A stretch of DNA of 64,000 nucleotides from positions 1,095 through 65,094 of IMG/VR virus record IMGVR_UViG_3300035180_001344; one strand, given 5' to 3'. Of this stretch, positions 1 through 10,159 are shown in pieces; within the stretch, counting starts at the first letter, position 1, and every line of letters starts with the position of its first letter. The notes below the pieces were generated by a model. It made no database searches and was not told the DNA's origin. It saw only the letters and a list, made by a program, of their open reading frames with translations. The position numbers and the translations under genes are program-made. Source of the stretch: a virus. Lineage: Duplodnaviria > Caudoviricetes.

Positions 1-323
1 TCAAGGATCTTGCCGTTTGTTGTCAATTGGCGAACGAGTTGGTTGAAGTAAATCAAAGCGTTAACACCGTTACCCAGTGTCTTGTTTGCCATCAGGTCCC
101 ATAGCTCAAAATTCTTTGAGTTACGGTCCATCAAAATACCAGCAAGGCGGCGCTTGTCGATTTCGTCAAGGTCGTTTGTCTTGAAGAACAAAACGTTTCC
201 TTGGCCGTCGCGCTTCATAATTGCACATTCGTGCATAATGCCGTCGCCATTCAGCTCGATCCACTCAACGTGGGGGTATTCGCGGGACTTGCTAACTTTG
301 TAAGAAACTTGTAGTTCTGTCAT
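1..323 (-). CDS. hypothetical phage protein, truncated by window edge
   Basis: Not in ORF track. Read manually: MTELQVSYKVSKSREYPHVEWIELNGDG..., open to the edge, with AGGAG SD and an upstream TAAATA. Confidence 0.8.
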   Translation of the reverse strand, partial: MTELQVSYKVSKSREYPHVEWIELNGDGIMHECAIMKRDGQGNVLFFKTNDLDEIDKRRLAGILMDRNSKNFELWDLMANKTLGNGVNALIYFNQLVRQLTTNGKIL

Positions 324-407
324 GGTAATCTCCTATGGATGGTTGTACCGTGAAGATATTTACCTACCGCTTTTGGGGGGTTACCAATCAACCGTCCGCA
401 GGGCCCC

Positions 408-698
408 TTAACCTATGAATACGTCAGGAGACCCGACCGTTACGGTTGCAGCTACGTGCGGACCACCTCCGTGGGCATTGTCTATGCTACCAATGATGCA
501 TATGGACTTATTATTTGCATACACGCTACTGCCATTTCCAGTTTTCATTGTAGAGGGTGAACCACCGGGGTGTCCGGGAGTAGGATCACCGATTCGTCCA
601 ACAGCAATGTTGTTAAAAAACACGTTCGGACTACCGCTTGAAATTACGTTGGCTGGATGGCACGATAACCGATCTCCAACTCTTGCCGCTGCTGCCAT
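408..698 (-). CDS. PAAR-repeat spike tip protein (T4 gp5.4-like)
   Basis: AARVGD, GSPNVFFN, GRIGD and GSPDVFIG PAAR repeats. Confidence 0.9.
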   Translation of the reverse strand: MAAAARVGDRLSCHPANVISSGSPNVFFNNIAVGRIGDPTPGHPGGSPSTMKTGNGSSVYANNKSICIIGSIDNAHGGGPHVAATVTVGSPDVFIG

Positions 699-761
699 AA
701 TTTACTCCATTGGTAGATTTAAGACGGGGTAGTAAATACCCAATCATTATAGGAGATATTT

Positions 762-1217
762 ATGTTTGACACTATTCTTGCAGGGTTTACTGCCATCCTC
801 AATGCCATTCCGTTCACCGCTGCAACGTGGTCAGTCATTGGCGTACTTGGTATTTTTGTGTGGCTGTTTAGTAAAGCCAGCCGGGATCCAAAGAATCCTA
901 TTCGGTGGGAACACTTGATCATTGATTCAACAAATGACCGCGCCTCACCTTACAAAATGGGGTTCCTAATTGGTGGGCTGATTGGTACGTGGATTGTGGT
1001 CAAGTTGACCGACGCAAACAAGCTAACATTCGACATCTTTGGATTGTACCTGTCGTACCTGCTTGGTGGAGCAAGCGTTAACACGTTCTTCAAAGCAAAG
1101 GGGGGAGAGACTACTCCGGGTGCCTCACAAGAATTGCCTACGCCTGACGCAGCGCCTGCTGACATGTCCCCAGGGATGATTACACCACCGGGTGCTGAAC
1201 AAGAGTTGCCGAAGTAA
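762..1217 (+). CDS. membrane protein, possibly holin-like
   Basis: About three hydrophobic segments; AGGAG SD; TAAATA at 733-738. Confidence 0.6.
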   Translation: MFDTILAGFTAILNAIPFTAATWSVIGVLGIFVWLFSKASRDPKNPIRWEHLIIDSTNDRASPYKMGFLIGGLIGTWIVVKLTDANKLTFDIFGLYLSYLLGGASVNTFFKAKGGETTPGASQELPTPDAAPADMSPGMITPPGAEQELPK

Positions 1218-1620
1218 CTACTCCGTACGCTTCAACGAGCGCGCCCCAAAAGTGAACTGATGTTGCAAAGAAGACTGGTTGTCCCGTTTTCTTTGCAATG
1301 AACGTATTAGTTTTGTACGGGTTATATGTTACTTCCGTGCTATCTTCGCGCCAGTAGTTTAGATCGCGAACAATGCCAGCTGGAATCCGTTCTTCAAGAT
1401 CGTATACACTAACCAGCTCACCAACAATACCTGCGTGCACATTCTTTTTGCGCTCACGTATACAGCGTCGGCGACCAGCTTCGCTAACCTTAAACTCAAC
1501 GTCTTTGACAACAATTCTACCGCCGTATCCAACTACCAATCCTTTGTGCGGACCGTCTAATGCTTTGATAGAATACGTATAACCTTTTTTGTGCAGGTTA
1601 CGGTAGATAAAGCACTTCAT
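1180..1620 (-). CDS. conserved hypothetical phage protein
   Basis: YRNLHK...VSEAGRRRC...KKNVHA pattern typical of a widespread phage family; coupled to rnh. Confidence 0.7.
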   Translation of the reverse strand: MKCFIYRNLHKKGYTYSIKALDGPHKGLVVGYGGRIVVKDVEFKVSEAGRRRCIRERKKNVHAGIVGELVSVYDLEERIPAGIVRDLNYWREDSTEVTYNPYKTNTFIAKKTGQPVFFATSVHFWGALVEAYGVVTSATLVQHPVV

Positions 1621-2561
1621 TACCGGCTCAACATTGGAACATATTGGTCAATGCTCTCTTTGATCTTGACGAGCTTGTACTTTCCAATGAACTTCAAAAT
1701 GAAGAACATTGAGAACTGACGCTTCTTCGCCTTTGCTGCGGCGACAGACGCAGCTAATAGTTCTCTAATATCAGCAGGCTGCTTTTCCAAATCGATCAGT
1801 AGTTCATTTTCTGCAAACAACTTCTCGACTCGAAATTCAACCTTCTTAACAACGGATTCACCATCTACAATTGTTGTTACAGGGCCGGACCATGTTTCCT
1901 TCATCAACTGAACACGCTCGAACGGATCAGTATATGCTTTCTTGATTCGCGTTTGTTGCACGCGTGGATACGCAGATTGCACATTATCGGTAGAGTCTCC
2001 CCGCAAGCACTTTGTAAACAGGTAGTACAGTGGGTCGTTATCGAAATCCGCCAACGACTGGTCTTTATCAGTGGCCGGTGAGATGATTCGAACATTTGGA
2101 TAACGTTTGAATTGCAACAGATCGGAGTCTGAACTGATGATGACAATTTCATCATCAGGATCCTTTTGTTGGCAAAACCCACCAATCAAATCGTCTGCTT
2201 CAAGGCATTCTTCAACGAGTGCAATGATCGTTGTATGTTCAGCAATCATTGCTTCAAATTCACGCATGTGGTCGATGAACTTTTGGTATTTGATTTGCTG
2301 TGAAGGTGACATATCCTTACGGCGGTTGCCCTTGTATGGCTTCTTCGACAAGCACTCTGCACTAGCAGTGTACTCTTTTCGCCAGCTCGATCGGTCAAAC
2401 GCCATTACAACCTTGTCAGGCTTGTGTTGTTTGAAGTACTTGTTCAACATCACAAGTGCTGTGTGTGTAGCCAACCCAGCAATCGTTTCATCACTTTCAT
2501 CACGTTGAACAAAAAACGTGCGATACAATAGATTAGAAATGTCAAATACAAGGTATTTCAT
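1620..2561 (-). CDS. rnh: RNase H / 5'-3' flap exonuclease (T4 rnh-like)
   Basis: FDISN, AFD, YKGNR, EADD, SSDSD and GDSTDNV motifs. Confidence 0.9.
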   Translation of the reverse strand: MKYLVFDISNLLYRTFFVQRDESDETIAGLATHTALVMLNKYFKQHKPDKVVMAFDRSSWRKEYTASAECLSKKPYKGNRRKDMSPSQQIKYQKFIDHMREFEAMIAEHTTIIALVEECLEADDLIGGFCQQKDPDDEIVIISSDSDLLQFKRYPNVRIISPATDKDQSLADFDNDPLYYLFTKCLRGDSTDNVQSAYPRVQQTRIKKAYTDPFERVQLMKETWSGPVTTIVDGESVVKKVEFRVEKLFAENELLIDLEKQPADIRELLAASVAAAKAKKRQFSMFFILKFIGKYKLVKIKESIDQYVPMLSR

Positions 2562-2749
2562 GCGACAGTCTCAACAGCTACAAGCTCTCGTCCTTCGAGA
2601 TATGTTTTTTTGGTTTTCGCTAACAGCAAGTTGGGGAACGTCTCTACGTGCATCCAGACAAATCTTGTCCCAGCATCGTGGCATTTTTCCACTGAAAAAT
2701 CCTCTTCACCAGATGCATACGTGGTTTTGTTGATTCGGTATTGAGTCAT
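2558..2749 (-). CDS. hypothetical protein
   Basis: Fills the gap with overlapping start/stop codons on both sides. Confidence 0.6.
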   Translation of the reverse strand: MTQYRINKTTYASGEEDFSVEKCHDAGTRFVWMHVETFPNLLLAKTKKTYLEGRELVAVETVA

Positions 2750-3195
2750 TATTCAAAGTCATTGATTCGGGGTTTGTCAGAATTGTCGACTACTTTTTGT
2801 TCAAGTTTGTCAATCAAATCTTGATAGAGGTAAGCAAGCCATTTTTGGACAATCGCTTCGTCGTCCTTTGCTTTCAACCCACTATCTTTCAGGTATTGAA
2901 TGAATGCTTCATTCCAATCAAGTTCGATGTGGATGCCTTTGATTTCACTATAATCAGCACTCTTGATCTCAACCCACGGTTCGGTACCTTCGCGCTTGGC
3001 CTTGTCGGCAGCATCCTTTGCTCGAAATACACCAACCTCGTCTTTCGTTTCTGCCAACTCGTTTTCAACTACCAGCTTTGCGGCCCGTTCTTCTGCCAGA
3101 GCATTGCTGTACCGTTCCAGCTCGTCCATCATCTTTTTGTCGTGATCACGTTGAATTTGATCACGATTCCACCAGGTTTTTAGTTGTGTGAACAT
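2749..3195 (-). CDS. hypothetical coiled-coil protein
   Basis: Start moved to MFTQLK after GAGGA SD. Confidence 0.7.
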   Translation of the reverse strand: MFTQLKTWWNRDQIQRDHDKKMMDELERYSNALAEERAAKLVVENELAETKDEVGVFRAKDAADKAKREGTEPWVEIKSADYSEIKGIHIELDWNEAFIQYLKDSGLKAKDDEAIVQKWLAYLYQDLIDKLEQKVVDNSDKPRINDFE

Positions 3196-3196
3196 G

Positions 3197-3913
3197 TTAA
3201 GTCCTCGGAAGCACGTAGACGTCAAGATTGTTGATCGTAACTTTTAGCATGCCGCGCGACGTTACATAGAAGTAACCATCGGGGTTTGCTTTGAACAGCG
3301 TTTGTAGTAGCTTGATTGGATATCGGTGAGAGAACTTGGCCTCTGATGTATCACCTGCTAACACATTGTCAACGGCATCACCAAACTTGAATGTTAACTT
3401 GTCACCATTCACATCAGCCATCTCAAACGAAACAGAGTCAGTAGCACCAATCATCGTCAGTTCGTCAGACTCCATTGCACTGGCGCCCTTGTGCATGTGC
3501 AACACAGCTTCGGGATGCATGCGAGCTCGAAACTTTACTGCATCGTTCAATCCCTTTGGAGCACGAATTGTTGCAGGATTAGCGCAGCGATAATCAATCT
3601 TAATTCCCTTCGCCTTCATCGTCAATGCGCGAGCATATTGTGCATCTTCTGGTCCATCAACAACAGCAACCATCTCAAAGTTGTCAACAGATTTGGCGAT
3701 TGCATACCGTGAAGAGAAAATGTCAATGCGGTTCAATCCAATCGAACCAAACGGAAGAACGGGAACACCCGTGATTTGCAATAAAATTGCTGTGCTGTCT
3801 TCATCAACTGCTCGCACGCGATCAGGTTCGATGATGATGTTATCAATCCCAATTAAATGTGCTGTGGCGACGACGTTTTCAATGTAGGCAAGGGATAGTT
3901 GATCGACCTTCAT
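3197..3913 (-). CDS. DNA sliding clamp (gp45-like)
   Basis: Size ~238 aa, YRCANPATI motif, C-terminal YVLP, location near polymerase; start MKVDQL after GGAG. Confidence 0.65.
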   Translation of the reverse strand: MKVDQLSLAYIENVVATAHLIGIDNIIIEPDRVRAVDEDSTAILLQITGVPVLPFGSIGLNRIDIFSSRYAIAKSVDNFEMVAVVDGPEDAQYARALTMKAKGIKIDYRCANPATIRAPKGLNDAVKFRARMHPEAVLHMHKGASAMESDELTMIGATDSVSFEMADVNGDKLTFKFGDAVDNVLAGDTSEAKFSHRYPIKLLQTLFKANPDGYFYVTSRGMLKVTINNLDVYVLPRT

Positions 3914-3962
3914 GTAGGTTCTCCTTATTATGTTCGTATGGTACAGTAGAACGGTTAAACCT

Positions 3963-4850
3963 TCAACTGCGTTTCTTCCGTGAACGTTTGATTGGTGCAT
4001 CGATTGATGCAAGTTGTAATTGGGTCATTGTTCGGTTTGTCTCAATCCAATACTTCAAACTAATGGCATCTTGAATGCGTGCATTGTTGGATGGTGTGTT
4101 CAGTATCACCATAATCACCCGCCGTGCTGCTATTGTCGTCATTACTACCATGCATCGTCCCGCATCACCAATATATCCAGTCTTTTGAACTATCACATTC
4201 CAATCAGACTTACTGACAAGTCTGTTAGTTGAACGGAATCCCGTAACCCGTTGGCGTTGCTTGACATACTGGGTCGTTTGGAACGACGTAGACGTGCTGA
4301 AATCCCGGATAACAGCGTATTCTGATGCTGTTCCAACAAGCTTTGCAAGGTCTTCTGCGGTAGAGACATTCGTGTTCTGTAACCCTGTTGGATCTGTGAA
4401 TGTAGTGTTTGACATTCCAAGCTCGACTGCCTTGGTGTTCATTGCCGCAATGAACACCAACATTCCACCAGGATAGGTTCGACCCAATGCAGCTGCTGCC
4501 CGATTTTGTGAGTTCATCAATGCAAGATGCAGAAGTTCAGCTCGGGTTAGCGTTGATCCAACGGGCAGCGTTACACCTGTCTGGCCGCCTCGTAGATTAG
4601 TTGCAGCTACATCATCCGTAGTAATTGTGATTGATTCGTCAAGAGGTTGTTGTGAGTCAAGAACCACGACCGCATTCATCAATTTTGTGATTGATGCAAT
4701 TGGGCGAATGTCTTGATAGTTCTTCTGAAACAACACATCATGGGTTTCAGCGTCAATCACAAGCACAGATTTAGCTGACGGCGTCGGCTGTGCAGCTACC
4801 GCTGTACATGCAAATACCAATATGGCAAATAAGTATCGTGTCATAACCAT
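3963..4850 (-). CDS. pbpG: D-alanyl-D-alanine endo/carboxypeptidase (peptidase S11, PBP7-like)
   Basis: Signal peptide; SxxK (ASITK), SxN (SQN) and KTG motifs. Confidence 0.9.
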   Translation of the reverse strand: MVMTRYLFAILVFACTAVAAQPTPSAKSVLVIDAETHDVLFQKNYQDIRPIASITKLMNAVVVLDSQQPLDESITITTDDVAATNLRGGQTGVTLPVGSTLTRAELLHLALMNSQNRAAAALGRTYPGGMLVFIAAMNTKAVELGMSNTTFTDPTGLQNTNVSTAEDLAKLVGTASEYAVIRDFSTSTSFQTTQYVKQRQRVTGFRSTNRLVSKSDWNVIVQKTGYIGDAGRCMVVMTTIAARRVIMVILNTPSNNARIQDAISLKYWIETNRTMTQLQLASIDAPIKRSRKKRS

Positions 4851-4853
4851 TCC

Positions 4854-7685
4854 TCAAAACACAAGCAAACTATCAACTAACAAACTCTGTCTGGACGGCG
4901 GTTGTTTTCCAATTGCCTTCAAGATATTAGAGAGCGGATTATCAACAAGACGCTCGATGTGAGCATCACGGTCAATTCTGAAATTATCCGTAAACCACGC
5001 TGGAATCAATTCAAGGTCGGTCGGCAATGCAATGCTCTTGAACTTCCCGTGGTTTCCAATCAAGTAGAACACTTTGATCTTCATACCTGACGAAATAGGT
5101 AGGCTCAGCTTATCCTTATACTGTTGCAATTGTTCATTGTAGTAAATCGCGGCAGCGACGTGTCCTGGCAATCGCGCGTCGTTACCTTCGCGCTCATAGA
5201 GAGAAGTGTATTTCTCTATTCCCTTAACACCCTTTGGTAAGCCAATAGCCATTATATCCGTAGACGACATTAGATCATCCTTGTACTGCACAATTGATTC
5301 TGACACAGAATCCCATTGTTCACCTTTCAAGAATCTTTCAATGAAGCCATTCAAGCGCTTCGATACTTCTGCTGGCAACGTTGTCTTCTTGGTATCTAAC
5401 CCCATTACCTTCATTTTGTCAACAGTCTTACCATCCAAATCAATCAGGTGAAGGATGTATCGTTTCTTTTCCACAAAGATTCCACGATCAGACACAATTT
5501 CTCGACCAGCCTTGATGATATTGTCGTATCCAGTTGTGCACAAGAAGGTATTGCGCATGAACGTAGGATATGATTCGTTAACCTTAGCTGCAACAGCATC
5601 AGCAATCATAATTGCTTCGGCTGAACTATCAGAGTATGTCTTAAAATACGTTGAGTCCGTATCCCCGTAAATTACAGCATCAGATTGGAACTTACCATTG
5701 AACACGGGCCCATCAAGAACAATAGGCCTTGCTTCGTCTTCGGTATACCCTGCATCAACTGCACTCTTCATTGTGTCGTAGAGGGGGAAGTTTACGTCGT
5801 ACGTTCCTTCCAAAGTTTTTGACACCATACGACACTGATGACGAAGAATTACTCGACCAGTGCCCGTTGTTGATTCACCCATTCGCAAATCATAGAAGCG
5901 AAAATACAAGTTTGTCAATGCACCATACAAGCTGTTAAGCTTGATCTTGTACACATATTGCAGTCGATCATAGTAGCCAGCCGTCTGGTAATCACCAGCG
6001 TCAGCAGCCTGACCTTTCATTGCTTGATATTTCTTTCGCAGTGCGTACCATTCGCCAAGCAATGCTGGGATGAACCCTTGTTTGGTTTGATCAAACACAG
6101 TGCCATATCCAGATATAGCCCACTTTCGCTCAATGAAGTACTCTCTCCATTCATCAGCGGTTTTTGTGACTTCCTGCTTTGTACCTTCCATAACCATCGT
6201 AAGTCGAGCAACGCTATTCGCAGCAATTTCAGCTGCGTCTTTCACATCTCTTGTGAATTGACCTCGAATAGTTTCAGGAGAGATATTCAATGATCGAATG
6301 GCAGACGGATACAGTGAATTGATGTCAATAGACCCAAAGTTCTCATGCATCCCAATTTGTGGAAGCAACACCAATGCGCCATCAATTGCGCGATCGATTT
6401 CAGGAGCTGTCACGTTTTTAACTACGCGGTGTAACTCATGATGACAAAAGTTTACAAGGGCTAATTCAGCAAGCTTCAACGTGCCGAGAACGTGTGTGAA
6501 TAGGCCAGTAGACAAGTGGTAATTCTGATTCGCAACCTCAACATATCCAAGCTTTTTCTCAAACCCCCACAATATCTCCGTATCCCGAATATTGTATCGG
6601 ACGAAGAATGGGAAATTCTGTCTATATTGGTCGGCAAGGCTGCCTTCATATTCCAACTTTGGAAGAAGTGGTTTCTTTGTCTTATCGTCTACAAGAATAT
6701 CCGCTGATATAGCAGACAGCTTGTACGAGGGTTTTTCACCTGGCTCATACTTCTTGATCAAGTTCATGTAGTCAGCACGAATGCGGCCGACAAGGTCAAT
6801 GGTATTCCCCATCAACTTACCTGTTGTTGCATTAGCAACTGGTCGAAACGTAGGCATTCCATACTGTGGGAAGTCAAGGCGTTTGAGCCAGCGGAACCGG
6901 CCAGCTTTTTGTATTGCTGGATTGGGATTCTCCACGTACACAACATTCAACTTTCCATTGTACTCGTTGATTGTCTCCATCGTTTCCAGAGTGACTACTT
7001 CTTCATCCAATACTCGAATGACTCGTTGAGCTACATATGGCCAGTCAAAGAAGTCGCTGTTCCATCCTCCAACCACATCACTGTCTTCAATTTCAAGGAT
7101 CAAATTCAACAACAGTTCACGCTCGGTTTCGCACACAATGTATCGAATTGTTAGGTCAGTAACGAGTGGAGCATCAGGAGCAGAAGCTATAACAGCTTCT
7201 GACAGCCGCACTTCATCCCAGCCGGGTTCAGGTGGAACCACAATGACAACGATTTCCTTTTTCCAGCAGTGAATAAGTGAAACGGAATTGATTGGAGCAT
7301 ATGGATTGATCGCAACCATATCTTGGACTGTAATGCCCATCTCTGGATCATAATCCACCTCAATGTCGAACAATGTGATGTTTAACTTTGGTGCAGGCTT
7401 GCCGTAATATTTGTTGGACAACAGGCGAATTTCTGCTGGAATATCGCTTTCCCACGTCCGGATTTTACGAGCCTCGAAGTCTTTCTTTGCAGCACTCAGC
7501 TTAAACCCAGATGTGAACTCAACTTTGGATACTTTTGTGTCAAAGATTGTGGTATACTCACCACCTTCGTCGTCATAGTAAAAGTAGTATGGAGCCTTGT
7601 AGTCCTTGACAATACGATCCCCCGTCTCCGTACGTTCCCATACGATGACCTTGTCATCTTTCTTTACAGCTGAGATATAGCTCAT
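4854..7685 (-). CDS. family B DNA polymerase (gp43-like)
   Basis: DIE exonuclease I, YNIRD, DINSLYPS, KIKLNSLYG, YGDTDS. Confidence 0.97.
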   Translation of the reverse strand: MSYISAVKKDDKVIVWERTETGDRIVKDYKAPYYFYYDDEGGEYTTIFDTKVSKVEFTSGFKLSAAKKDFEARKIRTWESDIPAEIRLLSNKYYGKPAPKLNITLFDIEVDYDPEMGITVQDMVAINPYAPINSVSLIHCWKKEIVVIVVPPEPGWDEVRLSEAVIASAPDAPLVTDLTIRYIVCETERELLLNLILEIEDSDVVGGWNSDFFDWPYVAQRVIRVLDEEVVTLETMETINEYNGKLNVVYVENPNPAIQKAGRFRWLKRLDFPQYGMPTFRPVANATTGKLMGNTIDLVGRIRADYMNLIKKYEPGEKPSYKLSAISADILVDDKTKKPLLPKLEYEGSLADQYRQNFPFFVRYNIRDTEILWGFEKKLGYVEVANQNYHLSTGLFTHVLGTLKLAELALVNFCHHELHRVVKNVTAPEIDRAIDGALVLLPQIGMHENFGSIDINSLYPSAIRSLNISPETIRGQFTRDVKDAAEIAANSVARLTMVMEGTKQEVTKTADEWREYFIERKWAISGYGTVFDQTKQGFIPALLGEWYALRKKYQAMKGQAADAGDYQTAGYYDRLQYVYKIKLNSLYGALTNLYFRFYDLRMGESTTGTGRVILRHQCRMVSKTLEGTYDVNFPLYDTMKSAVDAGYTEDEARPIVLDGPVFNGKFQSDAVIYGDTDSTYFKTYSDSSAEAIMIADAVAAKVNESYPTFMRNTFLCTTGYDNIIKAGREIVSDRGIFVEKKRYILHLIDLDGKTVDKMKVMGLDTKKTTLPAEVSKRLNGFIERFLKGEQWDSVSESIVQYKDDLMSSTDIMAIGLPKGVKGIEKYTSLYEREGNDARLPGHVAAAIYYNEQLQQYKDKLSLPISSGMKIKVFYLIGNHGKFKSIALPTDLELIPAWFTDNFRIDRDAHIERLVDNPLSNILKAIGKQPPSRQSLLVDSLLVF

Positions 7686-7708
7686 CTACTACTTACCTTC
7701 AAAGGGTA

Positions 7709-7732
7709 AAAGACCGGCATCTGCCGGTCTTT
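7709..7732. terminator. intrinsic terminator hairpin
   Basis: AAAGACCGGCA-TC-TGCCGGTCTTT inverted repeat. Confidence 0.75.
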
Positions 7733-7735
7733 GCG

Positions 7736-8092
7736 TTACTCTGCGTCATCAGCATCCAATGGATCGGATGATCCACTATCGGGGTCACGAAGCTTTCCTT
7801 CAATGACTGTTTCATACAACGTCTCAAAGTGACGATTTTCTTCTTGGAGAGAACCGTAATTGTGCTTGTACATAACAACAGCGAGCTTACGAACCAGCTT
7901 CTTGTCCACACCATATTCAGCTGCGAGGTCAGCAACTGTTTCTGAGGCCCCCTCTTTCGCATCGTCAGCTTGTTGGAAGTAATGCGTAACTGTTGCAAGT
8001 GCTGATTTGAACTTCTTGCGAATTTCTGGATCAGCCATGATGTTGCCCTTGCTTTCCTTCGGGGTTTTTTCTTTCTTTGCGAACTTCGCCAT
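7736..8092 (-). CDS. dsDNA-binding protein (T4 DsbA/GapR-like)
   Basis: Helical, EYGVDKKLVRKLAVVMYKHNY...FETLYE pattern. Confidence 0.6.
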   Translation of the reverse strand: MAKFAKKEKTPKESKGNIMADPEIRKKFKSALATVTHYFQQADDAKEGASETVADLAAEYGVDKKLVRKLAVVMYKHNYGSLQEENRHFETLYETVIEGKLRDPDSGSSDPLDADDAE

Positions 8093-8133
8093 ATTGTTCT
8101 CCTTATGTGGCTGTGATGTGTAATATTACGTTG

Positions 8134-8847
8134 TTAGAAACGTTGTGTCAACTGTAAGTTGTTTTTACGGTTGAACGGCCGAACGGCACTGTCAAGCTTT
8201 GCCTTAACGCCAACGACATATCCGAATTCAGATGGCTGAGGGATACCATTGACACCACCAATTCCTGCATTATAGGCCGCGACAGCGCGGTCCCAATCAC
8301 CTCCACAAAGTTGGAGGTACAGTTTGAAGTGGTAAGCCGCAATTCGAATATTGGCTTCGTCGTTGGTTAACAGCAAAGCAATGATTTCTTCGTCTGCAAC
8401 GGAATCATATGTTCGATCGGGGAAGTACTTCTTAAACACCGTGGGGGTTCGTTGAAGAATTGACCGAGCAGCAACGACTTGAATTTGCATTAGTCCATAA
8501 GAACGCTTGCCAACAGGCGATGCCTTATTTCCAATTGCATGGCCAACACCTCCGTTTGTCTCTTGCAGTAGAATAGCCTGCATCGTTTCAGGATTGCCGA
8601 CCTCTCTTCCTACCAAGAACACTTTCTTCATATTTTCCGCAGAACTACTGGAAAAGATACCAACATCCGTAGAAGTGAGTATCTGTGTCTCGTGTTCCCG
8701 TGTTTCAAATGGCTGATCTTTGATTCGCCACGATGGATCAGTAAATTGGACATGTCCCGTGCCAGCGGCTGTGCCGCCAACAAGAACCACCACAAACAAT
8801 GTAAGCATTGCAGTGACGTTGGTGAATAGATGATTTTGCTTCATCAT
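8134..8847 (-). CDS. lytic transglycosylase (SLT domain), membrane-anchored
   Basis: QET catalytic Glu, GLMQ, AAYNAG; N-terminal hydrophobic segment. Confidence 0.88.
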   Translation of the reverse strand: MMKQNHLFTNVTAMLTLFVVVLVGGTAAGTGHVQFTDPSWRIKDQPFETREHETQILTSTDVGIFSSSSAENMKKVFLVGREVGNPETMQAILLQETNGGVGHAIGNKASPVGKRSYGLMQIQVVAARSILQRTPTVFKKYFPDRTYDSVADEEIIALLLTNDEANIRIAAYHFKLYLQLCGGDWDRAVAAYNAGIGGVNGIPQPSEFGYVVGVKAKLDSAVRPFNRKNNLQLTQRF

Positions 8848-8925
8848 GTTTCCTTTTCGTCAGTTAATAGGCCTCCATGTGAACTCAATCACACAGAAGC
8901 ACTATACGTTAAAATTCTGGTTAAA

Positions 8926-9558
8926 TCAACCGTTAGCTTGAAGCAACGGCGTAAACCATGTAGTATAGTTGCCCAGGAAATCCTGGGGATTATACAGATA
9001 TGGTGTCTGTGCCGCAAGTTGGATGCGGACCTGATACAGATCACCAGCCATCACCGTTGTAGTGATGTTTATGAAGTGAGGGTCACTGGGAAATATCACC
9101 AAAGTGCCTCGTTGCGGATTGAACCCAAACTTGTGTTGAACGAATTCGAGCTTACCACCATATACTTCAAACTCTTGTTCAAACGGAGTTTGTTCCTGAT
9201 AATCACTCAGGAACAAAATTGCCGTTAAATCTCGGTTACGAGTACGTAACCACTTGCTGCGTAAGTATTCACTATTTTCACACATGAATTGTCCTACGCT
9301 ATTTTCAGGAAACCACTCAAACGACATTCGCTCAGTTCCTTTGTATTTCAACTGATAGTGCGTTTGCAATTCCGGTATAAGCATCTGCAACCGTTCAAAC
9401 AACATTTGTTCTCCGGATTCACATGTCTTTACTGTTTTGACCGCTTTGCCTTCTATATCACGGTTGGGATCGTTAAATTCACACGAATCAACAAGATCCT
9501 CACACATCATTGGTGATATGAATTCCTCTACGACATAGAAAGGTGATTTTATAGACAC
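8926..9558 (-). CDS. 2OG-Fe(II) oxygenase-fold protein
   Basis: TAILFLSDY...YGGKLEF...PQRGTLVIFPS prolyl-hydroxylase-like pattern; metal ligands look altered. Confidence 0.7.
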   Translation of the reverse strand: MSIKSPFYVVEEFISPMMCEDLVDSCEFNDPNRDIEGKAVKTVKTCESGEQMLFERLQMLIPELQTHYQLKYKGTERMSFEWFPENSVGQFMCENSEYLRSKWLRTRNRDLTAILFLSDYQEQTPFEQEFEVYGGKLEFVQHKFGFNPQRGTLVIFPSDPHFINITTTVMAGDLYQVRIQLAAQTPYLYNPQDFLGNYTTWFTPLLQANG

Positions 9559-9562
9559 AATA

Positions 9563-10159
9563 TTACTCTTTGATACGGTTGATAGCAGCAGTTTGTAGGT
9601 ATTTCAATAGATCGCTAAATGATATGTCGGCTTCTGCCAGTAGTTCCATTGCTTCCAAAATTGCTGCTTCGTTTCTGATGCGAGGTTCGGCTGTTGCTTG
9701 GTGAGCTGCATCATTTGGATTGTGGTCAGCTGCTTCCCCGTCTTTGTTTGGATCGATCACAAATCCACCAGCTTTCAAGATATTTTGACCAATCAAGATC
9801 TGCGTATCCATCTTGCTACGATCGTTCAGATTGAACGTCGCCCCATTGATAGGCTTGCCGTCAATTGCGACATCGAGTGATACCATAGGACGAGGTTCGC
9901 CGCCATTATCAGCTGAATGCACCTCTTGAACACCAGCTAAATCAAGTGTAACAATATTGTCTGACAGTGAAGGGCTATGAAACGATACTGTTCGTTGTTG
10001 TTGGTTCACTTTGATGTCTGTTGCGTGGAGCGATGAAGTGGTAGCACCTGTGTCAACCTTCCCATCAACTGATCGATTGCCAAATGTAACAAACTCAACC
10101 TTCACAGTATTACCTACCATGGCACTGGTATCACCTGTTTCAATTTTTGGATCATTCAT
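9563..10159 (-). CDS. retropepsin-like (RimK-associated) protease
   Basis: KVDTGATTSSLHA, DRSKM..ILIG. Confidence 0.85.
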   Translation of the reverse strand: MNDPKIETGDTSAMVGNTVKVEFVTFGNRSVDGKVDTGATTSSLHATDIKVNQQQRTVSFHSPSLSDNIVTLDLAGVQEVHSADNGGEPRPMVSLDVAIDGKPINGATFNLNDRSKMDTQILIGQNILKAGGFVIDPNKDGEAADHNPNDAAHQATAEPRIRNEAAILEAMELLAEADISFSDLLKYLQTAAINRIKE

